Positions 42,801-56,450 of a stretch of DNA of 64,000 nt are shown here, one piece after another. The notes beneath the pieces were generated by a model. It ran no database searches, was not told where the DNA came from, and was given only the letters and a program-made list of their open reading frames with translations. Numbering within the stretch: position 1 is the stretch's first letter; each line of letters opens with the position of its first letter. The position numbers and the translations under genes are program-made. Source of the stretch: a virus (lineage: Duplodnaviria > Caudoviricetes); the IMG/VR virus record IMGVR_UViG_3300037455_000245, positions 41,229-105,228 of that record. The stretch is one strand, 5' to 3'.

Positions 42801-45038
42801 TTGTTCTGATAATATTCTTATAGCAACTTTATCGTCATAAAATTGTCTAGCAAGACCTCTTATGTTTTCATTAGATGCACCGGCTAAATTAGTAAGAGCA
42901 TGTTGACCGCGAGATTGTATTAGTGACGACCAGAATCCAATATTCATAGATTTTACAAGATCTTCGCTCCCGTTATCTGGATCCCATACACCAGCACCAA
43001 AATAATCAGCAACCGCTGTTGCCGCTATCCCAGGATTTGATACAAATTCGCTAAGATCAAACATGGATTGTTTTTTGCGGTAATCGTCATATTCGCCTCG
43101 CATGTATCTAGATGACAATAGATTTTGAACACCTTCTTCTGCAGATTCTGATAAAGCGGTACCCAACAGTGTCCTAAACTTTCTTCCTTCGTACTTGGCC
43201 AAATGCTCTCCCATGAGCGCTATTTTTGGCATATCTCGCTTCAAGAATGTTTCTGCGGCCTTTTTTATTTTTCTAGAAAAATATCCGTCTATTGCGTTTA
43301 GGCTCTAGTCAATGGCGCTTTTATAATCTGCGTATTTATATACATTTGGATCAAACCTCATATTTAAACGCTGACCCAATGTTTTTTCTCCAAGATACAG
43401 ATTGTCTAATGTTTTATCACGAAACACTTTTAACCCGCGGGTCACATCTCCACTATAACTCATATAAGGGAGCATTTGCGCGTAATCTAATATACCAAGC
43501 GCATTGTTTGCGTTTATTAGTTTGTTTATACCAAGTTGAGCATTTTTCTTAGCTTGCTCGAATGCAGCATCGTCTGTCTTTATATTTAACGCAACACCCA
43601 ACTACCACAACTAATCAGTCGTTAACGCATCTACGTCAATCCCCATCAAGGCGCCACCTTCTTTTATTTGGCGCATTATATTTTCAATATCACCACCGTT
43701 TGCTTTTGCTTCATTCGCTACTCTATTGCCAATAGCGCCTATTTTTTCAAGTGCCGTTTCTTCTTGCCTGGATTTTATTGTCGCACCAACACCAGTGGCA
43801 ACATCCGCTGCAGAAAGTACGGTTCCAATAATAGGATGGTTTTTTAAGAAAGCAGAAGTTAATTTCTTTATAAGCACATCTACACCTTGAGCGCCAATTT
43901 GATACTTCATCATGTCTAACGACGATGCTATATCTTGTGTTGCCAAAAATGGGTGCAATAGCCCATCGATAAAGCCGCCTTCCTGTTCGTACCACTACCG
44001 CTGTTGTTTCCATTCTTTAGAAACTTCATTATAGTCGTACGCTCCATCTATACCAAACAGTCTTCCGTATTTTAAATTATCTTGAGATTCTTTCAGCTCG
44101 TCTATAGTCTCATTATATTCATGTTCGGCATTTGATATCTTACTGTTGATATCTTTTATCGCGTCTGCCCGGTTTATTAAATCACCCCCTACATAAGATT
44201 TATTTAATATCTCGTCATCATCTTTTGATAAGTATTTTATATAATTCTGCATTCTCGACGATGTGCTATATTCGTCAGACATTATTTTTTTAACAATATC
44301 TTTTGCCTCACCATAAGCACCGCTTAATATCTCGTCCAAGACTCCAACCGGTCTTGTTACAATATCCGCAGCTCCTTCTATAACTCCTCCTACAATACTG
44401 CCAAGAACACCATATTTACTCAATCCGAGTCTTACGTTATGATTACTCCATCCATTTTTTATAGCTTGTGCAGTCTGTGCGTTAAATCTTTCAAGCATCG
44501 ACAACTTAGTGCCGTCGTACATATTTTGAGCTATTGCATCATGCGTACGACCCTCTCCTGTAAAATACTAGTCAAATTGAGCTATAGATTCTTTTACATC
44601 ATCTAACTACTGAATCAGTACATCAAGGTCTTCTCTGCTTCTGGTTGACATATTAGGATCGTTAAAGATTTTGTCTTCTAAATCTTCTTTTCGCTTCAAA
44701 AGATCATAATAATCTTTTATTTTAAGCAAATCTTCATGATATGTCTTTGCGTCGGAAACGTCACCAATCTTAGCATTTACATCTTGTGTATCCATATCGT
44801 AATTTATGGAATTCCACAAATCAGATACAGTCTGTTTTGTAGAATCCCACAAATTTCCAAAGAAACTATCATTATTGGCAGAAGAGTCTATATCCGCTTC
44901 AGGATCGCCTATGTTTGTAACAATAGTAGATCTATCATAATCATTGAATAGATGTTGTCTATTCCTATTCGCCTATATTTGCTACTATCTATATTCTCTT
45001 AATTGACGATCTAAATCTTTATACTTGTCGTGTGTCAT
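27840..45038 (-). CDS. ~5,732-aa giant virion protein containing the crAss-type RNA polymerase, TAG=Gln
   Basis: ATG 45038 (MTHDKYKDLD) to TAA 27840; about 30 ORF-track fragments share one frame. Catalytic GSDFDVDK (31464-31478), YRIPTQG, VDVAKDP, zincin HEAWH (37152-37166). Not every gap was checked base by base. Confidence 0.87.
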
Positions 45039-45040
45039 AA

Positions 45041-46753
45041 TTATTGTATTATATCTTCGAGATCATCATCTTCATAGCCGCCCTGTCTATCAGATGCTAC
45101 CTTTTTGGTATAATTAAGAGCGTCTCCCATGTCATTTATCTAAGAGTCTATAAATCCTCTTGAATTTATGGTTCTGGAAACTGGTATATCGACATATTCT
45201 TCTTTTCCTTCTACTAGCTTTCCACTAGTATTTTTCTTACGCAAACTACGCTCTCCTTTTGTAGCCCCAATTAATCTTAAAGTAGAATCAAGATCTCCAC
45301 TAAATCCATCCAGATCACTTTTTTTAACTCTTATATAACCATTTATATCCCACACAGATGCGTCTTGAGAATAATCCATGGTATTTACACTTATATCATC
45401 GTCATTTATAACATACCCTGTTATTCCCTTTTTGACCATGTAATCGTATAGTTTTTTACTTGCACTACCAGAAGATACTTTTCCGCCTCCATATACATAT
45501 TGTCTATGAGACGTAAAATTCAATCCAGAGCCAGGCGTGAATGATACTGGTCTTCTCTTTACAATTTCCCATTCTGTTGCAGGAACAGGAGATGTAAGTC
45601 CAGAGAATAACGCACGAGCGGTATTCATGTCTGCGGTACCTGGGGCCAGTTTAGTCTAAAACGCAGAATAGTTTCTAGCATATGCATCTCTATCTGATAG
45701 GCTTAAACCTTTTTGTCCACCTAGTTCAGAGGGTTTTAGTTTTTCTTTGCCGTTAAGCATTATATTTATTCTCTATCTTCCCGTCCACCCCATAGCTTGT
45801 ATCTTTTGTTTCTAAGCTGCAGCAGCTGCCTTCTGTTCGGCTATTTTTAACTTTCGTTCGTTTATAGCAACGTTCTGTCTTTGTAACCGTAGTGCCTACT
45901 CTTTATAATAACTATCGACGCTTTTGCTTAAAGGAGTCATCATCTAGCTATCTGCTGTAACTGCATTTTGTACGAAACGCTCGTTAATTTCATCTTCTGT
46001 GGGAGTTTTCCCTTCCTGGATTAGTTGTTGTTTAGCAATATTCTTATAATACTCATACATAGGAGTTCCCATAAGCCCAGGCAATGCAGATCTCATTGCA
46101 GATTCCATGTCTGCTCTAGTAACTCCTGTATATTCGGCTTTTGGATCGTAATCGCTTCCTACACGAGATATAGCCTCCTCTCTAGAAAGAAGGTGCGGTT
46201 TTATATTTACGAAAGACGGATGTACCATCTCTTGTAATGATATAGACTCTATAGGGGACGATCTATCCCATATTCTTAACCTGTTTTTGTCATCAGATGT
46301 AGAGAAGTCTTGGAAATTTATACCACCGTTATATGCAATATCAAACAACTCTTGAGCTTCACTATACTTGCCGCGCTTTCTAAGATCCTACATTGCATCT
46401 AAATAAGCATAACCAACTTTAGCGTTTTGCTTAGCTGTATTATACCACATAGGATCCATAGAATGACTAAGCTACTACACTAACATTCTACCCTCTGGAC
46501 TCTTAAACAAGTCTATACCTCTGGCATACGCATCGTTAATAGTACTACGAATATTATTCATAATACTACCATACTTCTGCATATCTTTAGCAAAAGGACT
46601 CATAAAGTCTCCGTATGTCTTATAGAAGTTCTCCATCTATGCCTAGCCTTTATCATACATATCTTTGGCTGCATCGATGGCCATCTTCATTACTGCTGTA
46701 TCGTACAAATCCTTAGTAGGCATTTGTACCCAATCATCATATGCGTATGTCAT
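45041..46753 (-). CDS. ~570-aa putative cargo/ejection protein, TAG=Gln
   Basis: ATG 46753 (MTYAYDDWVQ) to TAA 45041; joins fragments 45944..46348 and 45140..45628. Confidence 0.78.
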
Positions 46754-48522
46754 TATATTCTTACATAATTACCGTTTTCGTCCTGGTAGAACAGAGGCCT
46801 GTTTCCATAGAGCGACGGTATGTTAAACATTGTTCCCATATTAGCTAGCTTAGCTGCATTATCCTTATACCAATTGAGCTAGTCTTTCCTCTGCTTCTGA
46901 TCAGCTTCATATAAACTCATTGTCCTATTAAACTGATTACGCTTAAACTCGTTTGCTTGGTACTGTTGTGCCTGAGCAAGCATATTAGCTATTCCGGTCT
47001 GTATACCTTTGTTACGTGCAGCATGTGCCTTGCTATAGTAGTCAAGATCCCATCTATTAGCATCCATTCTTGCTGTTCTAGAAGCCTGTCCTGCATTAAT
47101 TGCAGTTTGAGCATAATTAGATCTATAAGCGTTGTTCTGCTATTGAATACTAGATAAGAGATTGGCTATATTCTTTTGGGTTGTGTTGAGATTTGCCATC
47201 CTTATAGCATTGCGCTAGCTTCCACTAAGACCGCCTGCAATATCTATGGCTCTATTCTGTCTATATTCAGCATCACGAAGCTGTGTTATAATTGGATAAG
47301 GATTCATCCTAAGTCCAGCAAGTGTACTAAGGGCCTCATTCTCATAAGGATTGCTTGCATACGTATTGGGACGATATGGCTTATTTTTGTACGCCTCGTA
47401 TATCTGATCTATACTAGCAAGACTTCCTATTGCAGTAGGAATAAGATTACCTAACCATCCTTCGGCATGTCTCGGAAGTTTTCCGCATTTATAATTTGGT
47501 TTAGTGAGCATTTGCATCATTCTTTCAGCTCCGGTTATGTCTCCTGTACGCCAGGCGTAATCGGAGAGACCATATTTGTTAGTAATAACAGTATCGCTAT
47601 CATTAAGTGACGCTAATTTTCCATCTTTATTGTTCTTAATACCGGGAACCCTGTACATTGTTCCTAACCACTTGTTAGCGATTACTTCTCCGTTTGACAC
47701 TCTAGCCGTAGCTTCTCCATTTACTTTTCCTACAGCGCTAACAAGACCATCTCTAAGCTTTGGAAGTTTTCCATTAGCTGCATATAAAGCTTGATCTTCC
47801 ATATTGCCATATCGTTTGGCTCCATCTAACTTCAGATATTGAGCGTATGCGTTATCTCTAGCTGCCCACTGTTGAATGCTTGCATATCTTGCAGCATTCT
47901 CAGCTTCACGTTTAGCTTTACCACGACCAAATATAGATGCAAATCCTCTAAACGGATTAGTGAGAAAGTCTTTACCTGTCGTCTAATCATACTCTTGCAT
48001 TATCTGGCCTTCGTCTACACCATTCTGTTGAGTATACGTAATACCGTTTATATTCTGTTCAGATGTACCAGCATCAGCAAGATGCTCGTCTGCGGACTTT
48101 ATTCTGTTTATACCTTCAAGAATACCACCGCCTGCCCAGGCTCCCAACGCGAAATACGGACTAATGCCTGCTGCAGCGGAATCAGATTGTGTAGGACCAC
48201 CGTTACTTACAAATTTTGCTCTCTACTTCGGATCTACATTTTGTGTTGGTATATTTGGTGTAGCTGTCATCATCTTCTACACTCCCGCATTTGCTCCAGA
48301 AAAATCAGCCTGCTTCATTGTTGGCATAGTAAGAGGTTTATACGCTCCAGGATTATATTGCGTTGCCTTCTACCAACCTCCATACATGTTTGCAACACTG
48401 CCGGCAACATTGGCTCCTATACCGCCACCAGCAAATCCTGGGAGTTTTTCTACAGTTTCCGCCGTAGGCTACCCGTTATTTATAGCTTTTAATTCTCTAT
48501 GACTAAATTGTTTTAACTCCAT
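46753..48522 (-). CDS. ~589-aa putative cargo protein (Gly/Ala-rich), TAG=Gln
   Basis: ATG 48522 (MELKQFSHRE) to TAA 46753 with TAATG overlap; joins fragments 47215..47802 and 46879..47067; repeated KLPxxxxG motif. Confidence 0.75.
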
Positions 48523-51500
48523 GACATTCTAAATTTCGTTGTTATATATTGCAATGAGAAGTCAGTGGAGTTATAATCCGAAGCTATCTCGCATTGCATT
48601 GTTTTTCCTCGCATTCTATTTCCGTACTCTATGTCAGAATCATGCGAACCATTCCTAGGTATACTTAACCTGTAATCATATTCATCTACACTTATAGCCT
48701 TGTTTCCACGTACAACTGCTTTTTGCTTAAGTGGTGTCTCAAACGTAAACGTTAGGTGGTGCATTGGTGAATTAAGATGTTCTCCTGTAACATACATTCC
48801 ATTGCCGTGTAGCATCTTCCAGTTTGCTATAGTTGGTAAACTACCTTTATACATTCTACCGCCAAACGTAAGATTATCAAACGTCTTGGTGTATATATTA
48901 CTCTTATTTACAACTATGCGCACCTTTGGATATATCGGTTCATTAAACAGCTGGGCATAACCAGAAACGTTAGGTTCGTTCCATACGTAGATACTATCCG
49001 TATCTGAAATATATAAGTTGTTCTGCACTATTGTCCTATACAGTGGCGTGAACGTATATACAGAAGAGAATGCTTGTATTATCTCACTGTATACTAAGGT
49101 TTCATTAGAAACAACTTGCGCCAATAACTCTCCGTACTTGGTATCAAATGCTAGTGAAGGATGAGTAGATTCTTTTCTTTCGTTTATATAGTTAGTACAA
49201 CCTTTTGTCTTTGTTAGCGGAACGAGTTCCATTCCTCCACTATAAGCAAGAATCTCTTTGTTGTATCCGTCCCACCAGTATTGTACATAGTTAGATTGAA
49301 TCTCTGCTTCATATTGCTGAGGCTTCATTCCGTACACTGTAGAGATGTAATCGTATCTAGATAATACGCCACCCGCACCGACTATTATATCATTTCCGCT
49401 AGTATCGTTTAATACTGTACGTTCGTTTACGCTGAGTATGCCTGTAGCATGTTCTTGCCAGAATAACAGTTTATCTTTAAATAGACGCATATTGGTTACC
49501 ATTCCGTATCTTGTATCAACATCTAGATAATCGTTTTGGTTAAATACCAACCAACTGTCTGTTATCTCGCCGTTTGTCTTTGGGTTAGAATAGTGTATTC
49601 TGCAATCATATTTATTGTCCGACACAGTGCTATAACTTATAGTAGAGTACTGTAGACTATTTGGTTCGTAACCGTATGCCGTATTATACATATATGCAGG
49701 TTTTGCTTGCGTGTATGTATCTACAACATCTATTTCATCCTGCATATAATAAGATGCGGCAGATCTACCATATAAGTCGCCATATGTCGCCGACAGATCT
49801 ATATCCGATTCGAGCGGTATATAGTATACACACGATTGTCTTACAGGATCAAAATACTGTCCTTCTTGTGTTATAAGCGATGCATCATACCAGGCGTGCT
49901 GCGCGTTGAATATAAATACACCGGGGTAGCAGTCTCCATCGAACACATCAATGTTTCCAAGTCCTTCTTTATAGTATCCGTGTTGTATGTAATTACTATT
50001 TGTTATAGTATTTGTTCCGGCATACGGATTTGGTGATCTTCTCATTATGTTTACAACAGGAACTGTCATATTGAAATCTTCCGAAGATATCTCAGAAAAT
50101 GGAATATTTTCACTAAGATCGATGAGAACGTACTTTCCCGTGCTACCTACTGGGCTAAATACTGGATAATATCTAAACAATCTTTCTAGATTATCGCTTA
50201 ATTTCATCTCTTGCCAATCATCATCGTCATCTGCCCACTGTTTCTTTACTATCTCTGCTCGTTGGTGATATAATGTTGGTATACTCCAATTTATATACTG
50301 CTTGGAACCTATATTTACACTACTGTTCTCAAAATTTGGAGATTTATCCGAAATTGCTGTTTTTGAATCTGGCGACTTTGTAAACGATACGTTGTTTATT
50401 GCTACGGTTCCTGTATACTTATCTATCTACCTACCTACTGGGTATATTTTATAAAAAGATAGATTTCTTATATCGTGCGTTGATATAATACTGGACGTTT
50501 CACTAAACGTACTTGCAGCAGACGCATCTTGTCCAAATTCAAATCCTGTATAATCGTTATATTGGTTTGCTATTCTTACAGTCCAATAATTCGATGTATT
50601 ATCATAATTGTAATTTTCTACCTGATATAAGCTTTCGGTGTGTAAATATAGTCCGGACTCTGGTATCTGAATGTGCCATTGATTGTCTTTCTTGTTTACA
50701 TCTATTCTCCTATTGTATGCAACCTATACGTCGAGTTGTCTATCTGCAAATATATTCTATATATCGTCAGCCTAATATGTATATTCAGGACATGCAAAAA
50801 CTAGTGTAGAGTTGTCTGTGTCTGCTTGGCACAACACATAATCACTATGTGTGAACGTACTATCTATTGGAAATGTAAACCTATTAGTAGTAATAAGATA
50901 TGGTGCGCATAATTTGTTGCTCATTTGCATTGCGTCCTCAATCCTATTTCTACTCCACAATCTATATGGAAATCCTGCGATACCTTGAACAACGCGAATT
51001 TTATCGGAATTTTGTCTAGGAGCTCTTACTATCTCTACACCTATAAATCCATCAGGTAATCTGTTAACTATAAACCGTATACCAATTTGTATAACTTTGC
51101 ATATATTTCTTCCATTCTTCTGATATACTGTATACGGAGGTTCTATTGGAGCCATTATATCACATAGCCATTTTACAGATGATTTCTATCCTTCGTTATT
51201 ATAGAATATAGCTCCGTATCTATACACCTCGCCTTGTCTGAGAGACGAAATCTGTTCATATATTTGATCACCAACGATTCCAGAATCAACATCGTAGCTT
51301 AAGAATTTTTCATTATTATCATTTATATATACAGCTCGTTCTAATAATTCCCACGATAAATACTCACCGTCGCCACCTATTTCTGTCTGGTCATTAAACC
51401 AACATTGTCTATCGTATTGTTTTATTTTATTATCGTCGAATTGTAAATTATATTCCCTGTATGTTCCGTTTATAGTATCTTTATCCCCACTCGAATATAT

Positions 51501-52478
51501 TCTAAAACCTCCAGCTAAATCCAAAGACTTATCGAGGTCATCCTATTTGTATGTTACATTAGCAGCGAACAAATAATCATTCTTTGACTCTATTATAGAT
51601 GGAACGATAGCCCCTTGCATCATGGCGAGTATGTTATCAAACGAAGACGCTGCTACATTTGTTCCTTTGTCGGTGTACGAAGCCTAGTATTCTCCATCGT
51701 ATACAAGATTCACCGAAGGATCCTAACCTACCTATACATATGCTATCCTGAATATTTGGAGTTTATCAAAATCTCCTCCAGCATACTGTGGTATGTTTAT
51801 AACAACCGCCCTGTTCGATATTTTATCGTCTTTCTGATATCCTTTGTCGCCATCATACAATACAATAATATTACTAAGAGGAGATAATGTTGTTGCGGCG
51901 CCACCCTCTTTGTACATTCTGTATGCATACTATACTTTGACAGGAGGCAGTGTACCACTGTTCTATGACATACTGGCTTCTGGTCTACCTAAAGGAGAAT
52001 CTATAACAGATACTATATCTGTAATATTCTATATTATGCCAGAATCAACATCGTTCAGATTTAAATACATCAGGTTATGCAAGCCATCTGCTATATAAAG
52101 CTTAACGTCGTTGCTATTCTCATACCTCGTAACAAGACTTAGATTTTCAACATTAAACCCCTCTCCACCACTCGGATCAAATATGAGTTGGAATCTATCG
52201 TCGTTGTTTATATCCTTCTTCCATATCTTACTGTCATCAGTAATAACAATGATTGTGTCTCGTATGCTAGTCATTGCTTTTATATTACCGCGACTGTATG
52301 GGAATTGCTTGGTTCCCTCTATTAACCTAAGTTCACCTGTATTCTCTTCTGTGTTTGTTGCTAATCTTACGTTCTCCGCATATCTATACTGACTACTATC
52401 CATTAAGGCATCAGATACGTCAGTATTCATGCCTTTAACAAAAGTGTTTATTTGTTGTAAATTGTCATTAATGTCCAT
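48513..52478 (-). CDS. ~1,321-aa tail stabilisation/muzzle-type protein, TAG=Gln
   Basis: Five fragments in one frame. N-terminal NTFVKGMNTD...YRYAENVR, SLRQGEVYRYG and C-terminal NRMRGK are typical of crAss-like tail proteins. Confidence 0.85.
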
Positions 52479-53412
52479 AATAGTAGTCGTTGTATGTTAG
52501 TTGTTCTTTGCCTATATTCTTAAAGAACGTGTCATCTCCATCCCAATCGGGTACTAGTTTATTCCAATCATTCTTAATATTCTGCATATCGTCTGCAGTA
52601 GGCATCATAGCTTCAGCATAAGCCTAATTACGATAGAAGTTCCACTGTTGTTGTGTATAAAAGTATGACTATGCGGCATATTTCTGCGAATACTTAGAAT
52701 TTCCACCAAGAGATCCATTCATAAACTTTGGGAATGTCAACTTCATTACAACATACCAATAGACAGCCTCCTAGTAAGAAGTAAGATCTGGTATTAATGG
52801 ATATCCACGTTCGTCTGTAGCTATTGCTTTATACGCTAGTTTTATATACCCTTTCTTTTTGTTCGTCACTATCCACCCCGGTTTAATGAAGTACTCTGGT
52901 TTCTGATGCACACCTTCTATGTACATCCTGTTAAGATATTTCATAGTATTTAGTGTGTAGAATTGTGATTGTGACGTATTTAGTTTGTATGCGGCAGGCT
53001 GATGTTCATGTATAAACATTGGCTCCACGTCCTCTATCGCTTTGTTTTCAGGATCGTGATCCAGAGGTTGTGGACCAATTGGCATATGCCGCATTGGCCG
53101 TTTAGGCTCTTTAAATATTCCTGTGGTTGTGCTCATTGGCACCCAAGGACCAGTAGGTCTGTCGGAGTAAGCTACCCCATCTAATACAACCAGATCTGCC
53201 GGCATTGGAACTTGATTGTCCTATATTTTGAGTACTGGTACATCGTCTGTACCGGATTCTTTGCTGATATACTACATAGGAGCACCAATCTTGTCTACGG
53301 CTTCAAAAATCCATTCTCTGATATCAGATATGCGCTACCTGACCTCATTAGAATCTAAATCAGCCATGACCTTTGCAATGACTGATTCACACTTTGTATA
53401 ATTGTATATCAT
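52468..53412 (-). CDS. ~314-aa tail ring/tubular protein, TAG=Gln
   Basis: ATG 53412 (MIYNYTKCESVIAKV...EWIFEA) to TAA 52468; includes DERGYPLIPD. Confidence 0.78.
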
Positions 53413-53830
53413 TTATATCTATATAATCCTGTTTGTTAAATATTAGTTGTGCTAACTTTCGTTTGTTTTGACGAACAAACCCCAACTGATATTTATATCT
53501 GTCTGGGAATGTGCGAGGTATTTTGGACCAGTATAATCTATATTTATACCCGTCCGAATGTTCATTTAAATGATATATATGTTTACCATACACGTTGCTA
53601 GACTTATAGTCTACAGAAAGAGAGTGTGAATCCAGGTTCTTTGGCCTATATTTACCAACCTATATAAAACCTAGCCCATAAGGCATTTTAAAGCCTTCTG
53701 AGCGGTTTAATACGTATTCTAGTATAACATTACACATCTCATCTAATATGCGCTTGTAGAGCTCATAAGGCACCTCTACGGGCATATTCCTATACATATC
53801 TCTAAATGTTACGGACTTCTTATTCTTCAT
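53387..53830 (-). CDS. IHF/HU-like DNA-binding protein, TAG=Gln
   Basis: ATG 53830; FKMPYGLGFI*VGKY with one in-frame TAG; joins fragment 53387..53593. Confidence 0.72.
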
Positions 53831-54551
53831 CGTCCTGTGGTCCGTGTGGTTTTACGCTAGCCAGAGTAGCATTGTTACTATCATCGCTAGGCCTATTAAG
53901 CATGAACGCAAGTTCATTCTTCATTATTCTTTCTTTTATGTGCGGAACCATCCATGCTGGAATCATTATATCATCCTCATCTGGTCCATCTTCGTCTTCT
54001 CCGTCGTCAGTATCGTCTTTTACTTCTTGAAGCCACAACACGTATATATACTCGAGCTGCTCTTTATCGGTAAGCCCCTATACATAAACATGACCGTCAT
54101 CCCTGTAGTATGCGGTCATCTCTCCAAATGTATACTTTCTCCAGTATTGATAATGTCTCCTAATAGGATCCATGTATTGTATATTCTCGCCCTACTGATC
54201 ACGTACAGCAAGTATACTTTTGCCGTCATTGTCAAGTACATCCTTCAGTGGATCTACGGTTCTCTTTGTAAACGTAGGGATCTCAGAATTAGATGGGACA
54301 ACCTCTAATTTCAATGGACCAGTTTCAATCTTCTTTATAAACTCGTCGTCATTCAGGTCGTCCCATAACAAATAATTCTGTTTGGCTAACAATTTCTTTC
54401 TGTCGCGCTCTTCTTTCCAGATTTGATTCTTGTAGGCTTTTATCCAAGCGTGGATATGTGCCCTGGAGAAGTCTTCGCTTTCGCTGATGTTGTTGTTCCT
54501 AACAATAAGAAGAATATCGTCTGTAATTGTTCTTAGTGAAATTTTCGCCAT
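53820..54551 (-). CDS. Putative tail ring protein, TAG=Gln
   Basis: Fragments 54192..54566 and 53820..54041 are in one frame; likely start MAKISLR at 54551. Confidence 0.72.
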
Positions 54552-54552
54552 T

Positions 54553-55206
54553 TTATCGCATTTCAATTACTCTAACGCTGTCTACTTGTATAAGATCGTT
54601 TGTATTCTTAGTAGTATATCGTGTCTTATTAACCTTCTTAAAGTCGAATGTAAACAGTCGTTTAATAAAACTCTTCTTGTTTTTATATTCTCTATGGTTG
54701 TATACAAATAGGTATTGTGTATTATGTACATTAAGACCTATGTTTACTGTATCTTTACCAATAGTATATCTAACTGTAGTAAGATCATTAAATGCTATAC
54801 TATCACTATAAACACTATCTTTTAGTATAGTTATTATATCTCCTACTACCTCTTTACTTTGATTAACGTCTATAGTTTGCGTTTGCGTTGCAGCCGCATT
54901 TATCTGTTTGGCTTTTATGTTCAGCTCCTTGCGAACGCTGTCAATCTTATTGACCAATTCGTCATTATAATTCTGTAGTTCATCTACGGTTAGCTTTAAA
55001 ACATTATTGGCCTACTAAGACCCCTGTAAGGAGCCCTAATAGGCCTCAATGTTATTCTGAGCCACTTCTAGGCTTTCTGATAACTTCTTGTTTTGATGAT
55101 TGAGCATTGCAGCCCAACCGATTAAAAGTCCAACAGAGAGGCCTACGATGGCCTTTATGAGCTTATTCCGATGAACTACTAACTGTGTTAGTATTGTTCC
55201 TATCAT
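54553..55206 (-). CDS. Spanin-like lysis protein (N-terminal TM plus coiled coil), TAG=Gln
   Basis: ATG 55206; TM AIVGLSVGLLIGWAAML, then NNIEAY*GSLQGS**ANNVL, in frame with 54553..54957; adjacent to the holin candidate. Confidence 0.68.
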
Positions 55207-55459
55207 GTTCTATTTCTTTCTTAAGCTCGCGATATTTCGCGTATATTAAGTTAGTACTTTCTCTGTACTTTCCGTTCCAATACATCGTCACTCCGAAGAC
55301 ACTGGCTGCGTACACCAACACCTGAGCAACATAACCTAATACTCCGTTTGTAAGGTCCTGTGTGTCGAAGTACTGTAAGAATGCCAGTATGACTCCACTG
55401 GCAAATGCAGTTACAGCTGTGCTGTACTGTACCAAATCTTTCCATTTTTCCATAGGCAC
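55163..55459 (-). CDS. Putative holin (two TM helices, charged C-terminus)
   Basis: 98 aa, two hydrophobic segments, dual-start-like MPM N-terminus. Confidence 0.68.
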   Translation of the reverse strand: MPMEKWKDLVQYSTAVTAFASGVILAFLQYFDTQDLTNGVLGYVAQVLVYAASVFGVTMYWNGKYRESTNLIYAKYRELKKEIEHDRNNTNTVSSSSE

Positions 55460-55462
55460 ACA

Positions 55463-56383
55463 TTATTCTTCCCACCATCCGGTAACACTACTAGTGTCTA
55501 CATTCACAGTAGTACCATCAGTACGTCTAAGCGCAATGTTGTTATTGTTGTATTCGCCTTCATTAACGTATACGTCAACATATGTAACGCCGCTGTCTTC
55601 TTCTCCGCCTGGGAGTATATCTGAAACATGAGCCGTATTAATCATAATACCAGTGTCAATGCCTTCTTGAGATGTCTTAACCAACTCAAATACGTTCGGC
55701 ATATCTACTGTAATTGTTTTCAGATTACGGCTATTGTATCCAGGAGCATACAACTCAGCAACTATTATTAATTTATATATACCAGTAAACCTCTGCGCTC
55801 TGGCCGGGAAACTAACCTCTACGATATTTTGATCTTTTGTAGCTGCTACATTAGCGATATACTCAGTATCATTTGCGCGAATTAGCGGCTTATAAAGACC
55901 ACCCCAGTGTGGGTGTACACCAAATCCTGCATACGGCATGTATGCGTGTCTCATAGGATATGCTCTCCAACATGGATTGCCGCTAGAACATATATCATAC
56001 GGTGTAGGTTCGAAAGCGTCATAATACGGCTCCATTGGGAATCTGCTTATAAAGCGAGTCTTCTTCTTGAGCATTTCTATACGCTCGTTCTCCAAAGATG
56101 TGTTTACCAAAATAGCTTTTACGGAACGAATGCTGACTGGTGTTCCGAAACCTGGTCTAAGCTTGATATCAAACTCGGAATCGTTCGCGTGATCCGTATA
56201 CTGATTTGGGTAATACACTTCGGTCTTTTTGTTCACCCATATGTCACTATCGAGATTCTCGAATTCTTCGTCGCCAGGATTGAATACTTCGCGTTCGTTG
56301 AGGTAATATCCAGAATTTATATACTGACGGAGATCAACAGCAAGCCTTATGTCATTTCCAATTCTAATCTTCTTGGTTTCCAT
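55463..56383 (-). CDS. Hypothetical virion-module protein
   Basis: Intact 306-aa ORF beginning KIRIGNDI; no in-frame TAG. Confidence 0.8.
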   Translation of the reverse strand: METKKIRIGNDIRLAVDLRQYINSGYYLNEREVFNPGDEEFENLDSDIWVNKKTEVYYPNQYTDHANDSEFDIKLRPGFGTPVSIRSVKAILVNTSLENERIEMLKKKTRFISRFPMEPYYDAFEPTPYDICSSGNPCWRAYPMRHAYMPYAGFGVHPHWGGLYKPLIRANDTEYIANVAATKDQNIVEVSFPARAQRFTGIYKLIIVAELYAPGYNSRNLKTITVDMPNVFELVKTSQEGIDTGIMINTAHVSDILPGGEEDSGVTYVDVYVNEGEYNNNNIALRRTDGTTVNVDTSSVTGWWEE

Positions 56384-56405
56384 AATGCTGTATTTAGAAA
56401 GCTAG

Positions 56406-56426
56406 GAGCGGGCAGTATACCCGCTC
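56406..56426 (-). terminator. GC-rich hairpin after the auxiliary capsid gene (weak terminator or mRNA stabiliser)
   Basis: GAGCGGG/CCCGCTC stem with only a short downstream T run. Confidence 0.5.
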
Positions 56427-56450
56427 ATAACTTTATGTTGTTAGTGTTAA

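Noticed and set aside
20557-55206. Pseudogene decay or sequencing errors as the cause of the fragmented - strand ORFs
   Set aside because: Fragments keep one frame over many kb, and the breaks checked are all TAG. Decay would give frameshifts and all three stop codons.
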